Under the pieces are notes generated by a model, which had not been told where the DNA came from, did no database searches, and was given only the letters and a program-made list of their open reading frames with translations. Source: Balanoglossus misakiensis (Eukaryota > Animalia > Hemichordata). Taken from it: DNA of 64,000 bases. How positions within the stretch are numbered: the first letter of the stretch is position 1; each line of letters begins with the position of its first letter. The translations under genes and the position numbers were made by a program. Where the stretch lies: contig CM082583.2 in NCBI GenBank assembly GCA_040954595.2, positions 10,801,656 to 10,865,655 on the forward strand, written 5' to 3'. Positions 11,198 to 24,500 of this stretch are shown piece after piece.

Positions 11198-14140
11198 ATG
11201 ACAACTCAGGTAAGCGTAACACAAACTATTTCAAGTAACCTATACACTGAGAAAAATATTTTCAGAATGGGTCTAACTTTCGAATTTCCAGAGTGAAATC
11301 AAATCATCGTAGCACGTTTCAGAATGATAGATACATCATACATACAGCTACAGTGTGTACTCCACTGTACAGACGCATGTGTGACCGACTTATAAATTAT
11401 TCAGCCTACATTGTGTATTATTCGAACTTGACCTTAGAAAATGTTATTAATTATTCAAAAAAGGGCCATGCAGACAATTAACTACTGGAATCACCACATA
11501 AGCCATCCTATACTATACTATAGTAAACTACATTGATGATACACAGATCACTGAAAGACTGACAAGAATTTCTGCCCTGACCACTCATCTTGTTTGGCTA
11601 TCCGGTTTGAACCCCATCTTCAAATGTTCATCTGATGTTTTCACTGATCAGTCAGATCATGAGTACAGTACATACTGTAGTATGGGTGACTAGGGATCCT
11701 GCCTCAGCAAATTGAACATTTGGTGGCACTAACACAGAGATTGGGTATTGACTAGTCATTTGAAAGGGGGAAAATAGTGATCATTGAGCTTCTTACTGAA
11801 AGTGAAACACTTTGCTTATACATGTACCACCCACATAAAGCTCTATTTTTGGACAGCGTTTTGAAGCTTCAAAAGAGGCAGGAAGCACTCAATGCTATAC
11901 TAGTAGTTTGAGGTTTGAGTGTGGTTTATCTTGTATTTCTTTTCTTGTTCCAGTGTGTTCAGGTCAAATTAGAGCTTGGTCACAGAGCGACTGTTCGTAA
12001 GAAGCCAACAATAGAAGGATTCACACATGACTGGGTTGTGTTTGTCAGGGGACCAGAAGGCAGCAATATCCAACATTTTGTTGATAAAGTAGTTTTTCAC
12101 CTTCATGACAGTTTTCCCAAGCCCAAGAGAGGTAAGTCTTTCAACATTTATATGAGTTTTTATCAGTATTAATGTGAAATGGCTTAGCAGCAAAAGTGAC
12201 ATATCTCGCTTTGTTTCTCAACAGTTGTAAAGGAGCCACCTTATCAAGTTGCAGAGTCCGGCTACGCTGGTTTCACCTTGCCCATTGAGGTCTACTTCAA
12301 GAACAAGGAAGAGCCCAAAAAAGTCAAATTTGAATATGATCTCTTCTTGCACCTAGAAGGCTGTCCTCCTGTGAATCACATACGTTGTGAAAAGCTCACT
12401 TTTAACAACCCAACGGAAGACTTCAGAAGAAAGCTTATCAAAGCAGGAGGGGTATGTCTTTCGTTAGTTGTGAAGGTGACTGACCAACATACTCAAGAAA
12501 ACAATCTTACAGAGAAAATGGAGCTCACAGATACTGTGCTCTTGCCTGCATTTACAGTGTTTATAAATTAAGAGACGAAATGAAAAGAGTATGAATGTCA
12601 CTAATATCTTTGTGTGTGGACATGTGCAGATACAGTGTGATTTCTAGGAAACAAATGTCTGAGTCCATTCCATGCTCATTACATATACACATATCATTGC
12701 CAAACTGGCACATGCCATGTGACATTGATTCCACCAATCATGGTGCACAAAACAGACTCATTCACGCTGTGTCTGCATTTCAGGTTGGCATCATACCGGG
12801 CGAACCGACGCTGTCCACACCACCATCCAGTTCACAGACCAATGGTGATACCAGCCTTCATACCAAGTACATGACAGACAGTTTTATCAAGAGTAAACCT
12901 TACCCTGAAGTCTGTCCTCCACCAGCTCTTGTGCCTCCAAAGAAACAAAAGTCACATTCATCAAAGGTAAGTGATGGCAATAAGACATGCATATTGAAAA
13001 AAAAACATGTTAGGCAATATATGATATAAAAAGCCTTGAGAATCAGTAATTCAGGCTCGTGATGGCAATGAAGATTTTTACTATACCTCGGCTTACAACA
13101 CCAATGGCAATGGTGTACTGATCTTTTCTTTTCTTTTTCTGTGACTGTAGGATAGTAGAAGTTCACAGAAGGCTTCAAAAGAACCCAAACAAACGAAGAC
13201 TGGTGGCAAAGAACCAAAGAGCAGCTCCAAGGAGAAATCCAGCAAGAGACCCACGTCTCCATCTTCTGAAGATGGCTCCAAAAAGAAGAGGAAGAAGAGT
13301 TCCTCCACGACTCCTGAAGGAGGAGGACACAAATCCAGTAAGGAGAAGACGTCATCAGGAGAGAAAGTCAAGCTGAAAGAGAAATCGAAACTGAAGAACA
13401 TCAAACCTGTTGTGAAATTAGAACCACTAGAGGACTTGTTTGCTCCCGAGGCTGTGCTCCCCAAGAGGCCTCCCAAGTTACCGGTTCCAAAGAAGGACTT
13501 GCCTCCGTTCACGGATGAGTTGAGTGCTGAAGAAAACGAAGATGCAAGTAACGAAGCTCACAGTCCAAACTCAAGCATAAGCTTCTCGTCCCTGCCTGTG
13601 GGTGGGGCTGGTGCTCTCAGGACGATGATGGCTGACTTGAGCGATGAGAATGATGACGACGATGATCAGGACATCATCACGCCATTCCAGTCAGCGGACA
13701 TCTCCCAGAGTTCCACTCTTCCAAGTGACAACGAGAGTAATCTGAGTTTGACCCAAAGTATTCCCAATCTCTCTGTGGGAAGTAAACACGACAGGAAAAA
13801 GTCACCATCTCACAGCAGTAGCAGCTCATCGCACAAAGAGAAAAGTAAAAAAAGCAACAGCAACAGCAAAAAAAGCAAAAGTTCAGATCGTAAGAGCAAA
13901 AACGCAGATAACCGCAAGTCATCATCGGGTGGGGGCACCACTGAGTATTTGAGTGAGCTTGTTGAGTTGCACTCCAAGTTGATGTCTTTAAAAGACAGAG
14001 GTTACCTCCAGAAGGTCGTCGACCTCATAGAAGAGACTGGTTCATTTGAGGTGACCGCTACAACATTCGATTTTGATCTGTGCTCACTTGATAAGAACAC
14101 AGTGAAGAAACTACAACATTGTCTAGAAGGAATTGCATGA
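11198..14140 (+). CDS. MLLT3: AF9/ENL (MLLT3/MLLT1) homologue: YEATS domain plus C-terminal ANC1 homology domain
   Basis: Micro first exon MTTQ (11198-11209), then [12 protein letters not shown]...[14 protein letters not shown]...[12 protein letters not shown]|[17 protein letters not shown]...; Ser/Lys-rich linker; YLSELVELH...[11 protein letters not shown]. Confidence 0.93.
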
Positions 14141-17100
14141 GTCCGTCTTTGAATGGGTCGTGTTTTCTTGAGAAAACGATCCAAGATGTGCTCGCTTGGC
14201 TTCTGGTAACCCCCTCCAAGATTATGAAGACCTCAGAAGTAAGATGCAAGTCCATATTGATCTGTGCTAAGACTATACAACTTGATATTGAGTTGGTACA
14301 TGTCTTACATTATACATGTACATGTCTATGTAATATTGGTTCACACAAGGTCCTGGTCTGACTGTGTCCATAAATACTTGTTTCAATAACAACTCTAGAT
14401 GTGGACTCCTCATCCCCGGGAAAAAAATTGCAATATGCATCCCCACAAATTGTTTCACAAACAATACTTTACAATTTGAATGTCTTTGGGACTGCAGGTA
14501 AGTTAGGGGATTGGGATGACTGCATTGTGTACCCTTGTTTCATTACAGCTCGTATTGTTTTTGCCATTCATTCTAAGCATTCCATTATCAGCTCGCTTTT
14601 GATGTGCAATCCATGGAGACTGTCACGTGGCTTCACTTTGGAGATTTTTTTATATATTTGAAAACATTTTGAGGTAAACTCTAATTTTAAACACGCAAGT
14701 CCCCACAAATAAAGGGAGTTATGGGGTTCTTTGACCAAACACTAGTTTCTGTTTGTGGACCAAGAATTGAGGTACTAGTGTCCCCTGAATTTCAATGTTT
14801 ATTTTGTACTCACAGAACAGTCTGCAAGCTGTCAGTGAAAGCGTGCAAACTGCAGACATAATGATAATAAATTCATGTCCAAAAAATGTTCGTTTGAGAC
14901 AAGAGAGCTGTTATTTGAATATTATATGACAACCAATGAAATGACAACACCAATTTGAATGTTAATTTAACCATTGAGAGGAGAAAGCTTTGATTTGAAT
15001 ATTAATATATCTCAAGAACCAGTGATGTTTAGAAAGTCATAATATATAAATGTCAATTTTTATCCTGCCAAAATTTTAAACAAATCTTTGCTATCAGGAT
15101 CCGTCTTTGGTGATTCGAAATGTGCTGCCTTTTAGTTGTTTGTAAAGCATAGAGATTAGCATTTATACAATGAAACTATCAGGAAATCTTTTAGTTGATT
15201 CTATCATGCTAGAGAAATCTTTTTTTTACCTGTCTCTTAAGTTTTTTCAGTGAACTCAGTTGTACAGTAAATTGCCCGAGAGTAATTACCTACAATGAAC
15301 CTGCTTTGAAAGAGAGCTTGTAATAAATTCCATTGAACATTTCAGATCAGGATACAAATCCCTTAGTGTGTTTTAAGTATCAACACTACTATATTAGTCA
15401 TTACATCACTTTCAGATATCGCCTCATTTATGTTATATATTTATGTATAATTAAGAATATTTTTAACTCGAGTATTTAGGGACTGCTGAAATTTTTTGTT
15501 TGTATATTAAGTTGTGAGTGAGTGCTTCTCTACATGCTCTGTGATCTGAAAAAGCGTTCCAAAATCGCATATCCCTTTTATTTGAATGTTTTTTATAGCT
15601 TAAATGTTGTTATACCAAGTAGAAAGGGTAGCTTTCACACTTCATTTCTCACTTTTATAATACATGTATGATTGCTTTCAAGTTGTATCGCAATATTGTA
15701 GAAGGAAAGTATTTATAAACGTTTCACTTTTTACATAGAAATTGTACCCTCGCAGTGCAAGAGGATGGTGTTGGCCATCTACAGCCTGGTAGCCCCAGTA
15801 TACATTCAACTGAATTTTCAAGTCTTTTCAATCTTTTGCAATCTGGGAATTGTTCTTAAACATTTGAAGTTATTTAAAATTGACAGTGGTCGATTCATTT
15901 TCAACTCTGATGTGTGTTGGTTTAGTTTGATAGGAGCAATGTGTGTTCCTCCCAACTGACAGTCCGTGTAGTTTATATCAAATAAATAGTTCTAGATTTG
16001 ATGCGCGAAATCATTTGATTTCATAATATTTACATAAGATTAAAAAACAGCTCTTTACGTTCTGGATAAAATAGTAATCGCTTTCGTTCTGTGTGCTCCC
16101 ATGACATCAAACTATGAAGTATCTGTTTAGTTTAGGCTAATAATTTTTTTATCGGAATGATTTTTGCAGATTTACCCTGAATAATCATGTATTAGTATAA
16201 TCAGAGTAGATACATGTATGCAATCATGATGAAGACTGCCATTTCCCCCTGTATTCACCAACACTCAAGTATTTCCTGCCATCCAAGCATCTATTTTTGT
16301 ATGAAGTTATTTTTGAAAAAAATGGGATGACCAGTTTCGCATTTAATTTATTTTGATACACTTGTGTTGGTATACAATTATGTGAAATGTATAATAATGC
16401 TATGTGCTTCATGGTACCTGCCTGATTTTTTTTTCTTAGACATGTTTCTTAACAAGACAACTTGGGAACCCATACAAGCCATGGATTTTCAGTAAGCTGA
16501 GTATCTAAACTTTACTTTGTATGGTTTAATACTGTATGTCTTTAAAGCAAAAAAAAAACACTCATTTTCAAATGTAACTTTTCATCACTTAGCCAACATT
16601 TGCACAAATTCTTCTGAAGACGTTCAAGTTGACAGCTGATACAACACAGTTGTTTTCCAGTACTTTATGATCAGTTAAGGAAGAGAAAATAGATTTGATA
16701 GTTATAATCCTGCTTCAGAATCACTGAATTACAATTGTATGTGTACAGATTTCCACATTTGATAGTCTTTCCTCCATGGAATGTACATATGTGCAACAGT
16801 GCACATAATATATTCATGTGAATCACACATTATATCTATATCTAGAAACCATACCAGAATCATTGTGTAAATTTCAATATTTATATTTTCTAGAAAAGTT
16901 ACCCACCCTGTCATCTTACTATTAATTTGTTTACCGCATTTCATTTCAGGCGTTGTAGTTTCATCAGTGATATTTATTTTTGTAGCATTCAGCTTCATTA
17001 GTTGTAATTTGTGTTAGCTGAGACATTCATTTCCAGTATTTAATTAATGGAGTATTTTTTGTGCTGTTTTGTATACTGCAAACTCTCAGGAATAAATGAG

Positions 17101-17176
17101 TTTCAGTAGAACTGCCTTGATGCTGCTTGTTGTTGTTTGTTTGGTTGTTGTTGTTGTCTGTGGTCGTTGTCCTCAT

Positions 17177-20100
17177 TTATGACTTGTACGTGTATTCGTG
17201 TTTACAATATCCTGGTCCAGTGGCTGGTTGGGCAGGTAACCCTCGTCTGCAACACAGAATCAACAGGAAAATATACAGATGAATACATTAATACAATTTC
17301 TGGATGGCTGGATGGATGTTGTTGATGTGATGTTACTGTTTTGGACAAAATAGTGAGGCAGTCAACTAAGCCGTGTTTCACTACACTACATTACAATGAG
17401 GTAAATCATTAGGAATACACACCCAACCATTCGACATCGATGTTCAGTAAGTCTGTGAATGGCTTCATTCACATCGTTGACGTCTTCTGAACTCCACAGT
17501 CTCTCACCAACTGCGCTTGCTCTAGGCCTGTGTCAGAAAAAAACGGACAAAGAATATGCCTGGGTAAACCAACCCACTCCCTTACGCAAGACATGACAAC
17601 ATATTAGTCCGATTTTAATCCTTGCTTATCAACTTACTCTCACGGACGTACTCCTATACATATTCAGAATAATTTGTAGAGGAACACAGAAAATAAGACT
17701 TGCCATAGTAAGGATAGTGCGTTGGTCGAGTCTACATATTCCGTCCAAAGACAAGCTTCACCGCCAAGAACCAACTTTTTCTGCATTTCACTGCCTGATA
17801 AATGATATACATTTAGAGATGGCCCATTACAAAATCTTAATTTGAGTCGTAAATGGTGCGATTTGAAAAGATCTTCATGAGCAAAGAACACATTTCTGGA
17901 TGACATGAAAAATCGTATTGTGTTTGTTACACCTGTACATTCGTTAAATATTCAAATGCAGCAATGGAACCTCATCCTATTGGTCCACTAAGTCTTGCTC
18001 TTGGTGTTATCAACACCTGTGCATGCTAAATACTATCCCATCGTTATTCATATCACATGTTGCCCACTCTGATTGCCACGTTGAACGTTCGGCGTAACAC
18101 GAACACAGCGGTCGGTCGCGATGAAGACTCTGCGGAATACGGCGAATTTGGAAGCCTTCTCCTCTCCTGTTGAAACTACACGTGATGGGGTGAGTTACTA
18201 TAGACAATTATTAATTTATAGAGTACCTAGGATGTTTTACGGTGTATGTTGGTATGGTTTACAGCTTGTTTTTCGAACTGGGTTATACCGCACGTTGTTG
18301 TGCTGTTTTTGTTCGAACCACAAGCCTTACAAGGATGTCGCATCTCGTTTTAGAAAGATACCTGTAAAATTCCGCGGGTCTGCCAAGTAGAAGTCTTTCC
18401 AGTCCTGAATCACGTACGGATTCTGGATGTTGTTTAGGTACCATGGCGACGAAAGTAAAGCCCGATATCCACTTGACGTCACATTGGCTAATTTCTGAGC
18501 GTAGTCTTTGTCCGATCCTTGCCAAACCTGAATGATGGCTTCCGTAGGAAGCTATGGAAATGAAGGAATGGGTCACTTTGATAAGAGAAACTTCAACAAA
18601 CCTTGACACGGACCTTCGTGAAGGCGATTACAAGGATTACATCATGCTCCCTTGTAACCTGTACAGTAGTTTCTGTGCTAAGTCACATTTGGATGTCTAA
18701 GACTTCGAATGACCATGTTTTTCGCGTGTGCCTCCCGTTGAAATCTGTGATTGGCTATAATCCGATTTTCCATGGTAACAGGACAAAACGTTCTCACCTT
18801 TACACCACTATCAAACGCGTCTTCCCATAATGTAAATCCACGGTCCAGAGATGAAACAATATCCAAAAGCCTCTGATAGTAATAACCCTCCAGTTTTACA
18901 AAATCTCCACCGAATCCTTTCTCCTTCATGAAAGCTAGGACGTCTGGATCGTTCATCCTAGTTTAAGAGAGAGAGAAATGGAGAAAATGGACTTCTTCGA
19001 TTTATTTTTATAAGCATTGAAAAAAAACCCGACTAATATTTGCTCAAATATTTCTAAATAAACAATATTTACCAACAATAAAAGTCCATTTCACTCCCTC
19101 CAATTCCAAAGTATCGATCTGGAAATACTTGCTTCAGTTCACCGAATAAGCTTTTCAAGAAATCGTAGGTAGAGTTCAATGATGGGTTAATAGGTCCGTA
19201 GGTTCCGTCAGGCTTTCCTTGGGTGTAACAGGGAGTCAGTAGGTCGGGTTGACCCTTTCCCCATGCAAGTGTGTGCGATGGGTTCTCAAATTCAGGAATG
19301 ACGCGAATTCCCCGAAGCCTGGCGTACGATATGACCATGGCGATATCATCATGGGTATAGATGTGTGTGTAGGGATTAAACGCACCCTGTCGACAAATAT
19401 AGAAGTTCTTTGCGTGAGGTTGCTCATTAAAATCACGCGGCACAGTCTCTTCGCCTGGGAACAAAATGCACGTTTGGCTTGCAAGGTCGCCGCAATAATG
19501 AATTTCAAGAGACGTACGAATGTTGGCGTCTGAATCTGTTTCTATCTAGCTTCCTGAGAAAAGTTTTTTTACCCATATTCTTACCTTACTACTCATATCT
19601 GGAAAAATCTGACTTTGATACGGAAATGAATAGTCCCCGACCATGTGCCAGTGAAAAACATTAAATTTGTTATAAGCCATGGCATCCTGGAGATAGACAA
19701 AAACGGGAAATAATGTTTCGAAATAAATAAGTTCTCTGCGTCTTGTGTGCAAACAAGTCATGGATTCATATTTTTTCAAACGACTCATCAGAACAATATA
19801 TCAGATAGGATTAGAAATTATACCAAGTTTTGAAGTATGGTCGGTATCCCGATGTAGTGGAGACTAGTGTCCAACAAAATACCACGATGTGGAAATCGAG
19901 GCCAGTCATTGATTGATGTCGCGTTGATAACAAGCTGTGTAGAAAGATAAAAATAACCAGTAAAGATGGATAACATCACAAAATGTTAGTCAGACGAGGC
20001 ATGTTTTTAGTATTGAAATACACTATCGCTTTTTGTCTCAGTACTGTACTGTACTGTACTGTACTGTACCACACAGTACTTAACTCACCATTCCGTTCTT

Positions 20101-21012
20101 TTCGTGAATTAGCTGACTGAATGTTTCTAAGCCTGTGAAAATGGATTAAAAGACAAAATTGTTCAAAATCGGAGATATTAGAATTGGATTAAGTAGGGGA
20201 TGGGAATAATCATTTCAGCAGGTTTTGTCATTAACAGGGCATTCTCTGACTGAGATAGACTCTTGAGCGAGGAAGGGAAAGAAGTGGGGGTCCGACCATG
20301 CATTTTTCAAACAGACAAGAAAAATTACATTCTCTGGTTTGCAGTTACCTCTTAAAGCTCCCCATTGTGATTCAGCCAAGAGTTCAGCTTGACTCGAATG
20401 AACTTCCAACGTGTCTGCAACAGAAAGATTGAGAAAACAGGGAACCAATCGTGTTTCTGGTGAATCATGTTTTGTCAACTGTACATGTCATTAATCAACC
20501 ATCAAGACCAACAGGTGCCTCGTATTATATATCAATAGGTTTTAGTTTGACTTTGTTACTCTGTGCAAACTAAGTAATTTGAAAAGATGCAGATGCCTGG
20601 GATACGTACATGTCTCATTCATCTCCAAGGAAGGTTGATCAAATTCGCCACACGGCTTCTTGAGGACAACCTTCAGTCCTTGCAGGACAGGTATATCCGA
20701 CACTGTCCGCCGTCTGCGAGCTAACCCTAGCTTTGCAGGTTCGAAGATTACACGGTGGTATCTTCTGTAGGCCTCGGCCAAAACATCGCACGAAGCTGAG
20801 CCGTTGAAACGAAAGGCAGCCGGGTCCAACAGAAACTGCTCTGTTTGGGTGTGCCTCTGCCGCGGGAGGGGCCAGGGCTCACCGTTGGTTGGTTTGATCA
20901 TTGGGGTTACGTTTGGGAACCATTTCAGGTGACGAGGTCTGGCGTCGACGGTGACGACGGAAAATAAAACAAACGAACAGAGAAATGTTGCACAGATTCT
21001 ACAGGAGGCCAT
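17177..21012 (-). CDS. Beta-hexosaminidase (GH20, HEXA/HEXB-like) paralogue A with degenerate active site
   Basis: 11 exons can be joined in frame: signal peptide, [69 protein letters not shown], ...[12 protein letters not shown]. Has DTSLH and GIGGSE in place of DTSRH and HLGGDE. Confidence 0.9.
20041..20068. repeat. (GTACT)n intronic microsatellite
   Basis: Five to six tandem units. Confidence 0.85.
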
Positions 21013-21548
21013 GGTCGGTGGTAGTCTGCGATACACAGAATGATTTTGCTGAGCATACAATTGACACGCCCCTTTGAAGTCAAACAACGGCCACTACACT
21101 TGGTCACACAGACATGGTAGCGTGGCTAAAACTGACAGCTTGTTTGCATATATGACAAAATTACCTGTCGGTAACCACGACTCAGTGGCCCGCAGGTGAG
21201 ATAACGGACTGTGTATTTTGTGCAGCAGTAAGAAAAAACTATACTTCATACCACAACTCTGACTTCTGATTTTATTGACTTTTATTGCCTTCAAAATAAT
21301 CAAAAATATACAAAAATAACTATTTTGCAGCTGATATGATCATTATTTCATTAAATGGCATACAGGTTTGGTGTACGCATCACTGGTAATGGAATTTGAA
21401 AAGAAGAGAAATCAAATATGAAGGTATAGGGACCACTGATGATACAGTTTCAATGGGTAGTTCATATACATGTATGTGTAAAATATCCTACAAAAACAAG
21501 CAAATGAAAAAAATAGTGGTGCCACCATTTTTCTTTTAATACGTTCCT

Positions 21549-24500
21549 CTATGGGGAATACTCGTACAAACAAGATCCTGGGCCAATCACAGGTTCTGCT
21601 TGGAGTCCTCGCCTGGAATGAATAAAGAACAAAAAATTAGGATCTAAAATGAAAGTCAAGATGGATACATAAAAAAAGATTTCTTTTGAAACCTTTATAG
21701 ATTAATGTACAAGATAATTTGACTCACCTGACCATACGACACCTTTGTTCAGCGAGTCGATGTTGAGCTTCAGTCAGATCCATAACATCTGCTGCACTCC
21801 ACAAACGTTCACCTACAGCACCTGCCAATGGCCTAGACACAAAAATGTATATACCATAAATTATCAGTCTTGGATATTTACTTTAAAGGCCCACAAAATC
21901 TACCACAGTATTTGACATACCATAGTCTCTGTATGACATTAGTACCATCAGCAAACTCTCCCCACATACAGGCTTCACCACCAATCACCAACTCTTTCTG
22001 CTTTGCCGTACCTGTACAATAACACAAAGATGTCAATGACTTAAATAATGTTCCATTGTGAGCAGTGTTTGTTAGTTACCATGTTCATGGTCATTGGTCT
22101 CTCCACATATTCCATTGTACTGGCTTTTGCTTGTGTTAGTTATGCTATAGACTTTGACTAATTATAAATGCTGTTGACTATGCAAACACCAGACATGATG
22201 TTAGTAGGATTGTTCAGTGACCATACTACACCCTAAAATGAAACATACCAGTGAAATTTAGTGGCTCAACTTTGTAATAATCCTTCCACGGGTCACTATA
22301 AGGATCTTTGACATAATTTAGATACCAGGGAGATGACAAAACTGTTTGATAACCAGCTTTAGTGACGCTGCTTAGCTCAGTCTGGTATCCGCCTTTCCAC
22401 ACAAGAATCAGTGTGTCAGACTGAACCTGAAAGAATTAACAAACAAGCATACACAGGCAAGCAAAGCTGATTGGTCTATTACTGGGCAAGCAATGGAGTG
22501 GTAATGTTTGCAGGCAACAGTGCCCAGGGTTAGAAAATGAAACCTGCTTTCTGTTGCAAGTTCATGTTCAAGTTCAGGGCGTGATAAAACTACTATGCCT
22601 GCTACAAGACCACTTATCGATATGACAAAACAGGCCTGAGTACCTTCAAAGGCCTGTGGATCTTCAAAGTAGTAAGTTTTCCAGGGAGTGTTATATGGAT
22701 CTAGGACATGATTGAGATACCAGCCAGCAGACAATACGGCTCGGTAACCAGCTTTCGTAACAGTTGCCAATTCTTCATCATACTTTCCATGCCAAATATG
22801 AAAGATTGTATCTGGGCTTACCTGAAAGAAATAAATACTCAACACCGTAAGGCAATGTAAAGCACCACACTGAGATCAGCGTTATGTCAACAGATACTAC
22901 AGGTACAAAGATTGACTACACATACATTTACCTCAGCAAAACGTTGTAAAATTGATTTTGGGGTTTCAAAAGTGTGTGACCTGATTTCAATCATATTTGG
23001 CTTTTTGCAAAATGCCAATTTAAGCACTTACACTCACAAACACATACTTACCTGAACATTATTGTCAAACACATCTTGCCACACTATATACCCAGCCTTG
23101 AGTGTCTGTAAGATTTCCACCAATTTTTGTATGTAGTAACTCTCCAACTTTGCATAATCATCACCAAAACCCATCTTCTTCATGAAATCATTAATGTCTG
23201 GGTTGCTTTCCCTGATTTGAAAACAAACAGTCAGTTTATAGTCAAGCCAACATGAGTATTAATCAACTACAAAGAGTAGTGTCAGAATACAATGATTATG
23301 TTTAGTGGCTGTCAACACTTCACAAATAAACACTGAATACATACCAGCACTTAAAACTGACTTCATCACCACCAAGATGTACGTAATGATCGGGAAAAAC
23401 ATTGACAATTTCAGTGAAGAATTTCGTCAGGAAATCATAAGTAGAATTCAACATTGGGTTGATTGGTCCGAAAGTCCCATCCGGTTTGCCTTTGCTGTAA
23501 CAAGGGGTCAGCAAGTCTTTCTGTGATAGACCCCAAGACTGTGAATGACCAGGGGTGTCAAATTCTGCAACAACACGAATTCCCCGCTGTCGGCCATATT
23601 CTATAATCAGCGCTACATCTTCTTGAGTGTAGGAATGCCGATATGATGGTTTGAATGCTCCCTACAGTATGTAAAAAATTAAAAAAAATGTCAGAATGTA
23701 TTATCATCACCACCACCACATCAACATCATCATAATCACAACCACCACCACTATCATCATCAGGTTGTTTAGAGCAGAACATCCTGGGGTATCTGTTTTT
23801 ACCTTTTCATGCATGTCTGGAAATACAGCACTTTGATATGGGAATGACTGATCATCTACAATATGCCAATGAAACACATTGAATTTATTGTAGGCCATGG
23901 CATCCTGTGTGACAAACAGAAAAAGTCAATAACATTTAATGGGTAAAAATTGAACTCTTAGATTTTCAAGAAATTATTGTACTTGCTCATTGGAACATGT
24001 ACCTTTACTAGTATATGTACTAGTACATACCAGGTTTTGCAAGAGTACGGGCACAGAGATGAAATGTCTGCCTGTGTCGATGAGGATACCACGATATTGG
24101 AACCTTGGCCAGTCATTGATTGATGTGACATTAACAACTTGCTGTAAGAAATCAGAAGATTCAGAAATGGCTAAAGTAATATTAATGAAATTGACAACAT
24201 AATTCATGATTCAGTCTACTAGTCATTATAATCTTGATAAGCAAATATTACCTGGCCATCTTGTGTTTCGTATACAAGCTGACTGAAGGTTTCCAGACCT
24301 AAAAAAAGACAAAACGTCACAACTTGTAAGTTTCACAATTCAGATCGAAGCAAAGGTTTGGGTTTTTTTGCTCACAGAAGATTTGAATAAAAGCAAGTGT
24401 TATTTTAGACTCTTTGGGCCACATTGAGAAGATTCTAAAGCTCAGAGTGACAGTTTCAGTTCTGTAAAGTGAGGTGGAGAGCAATTCAATGAGATCTGAC

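Noticed and set aside
18602-18658. Possible remnant of a duplicated exon in hexosaminidase A (cag|[13 protein letters not shown]...)
   Set aside because: Only a V...ILV resemblance to exon b, a stop follows quickly, and there is no WYL motif.
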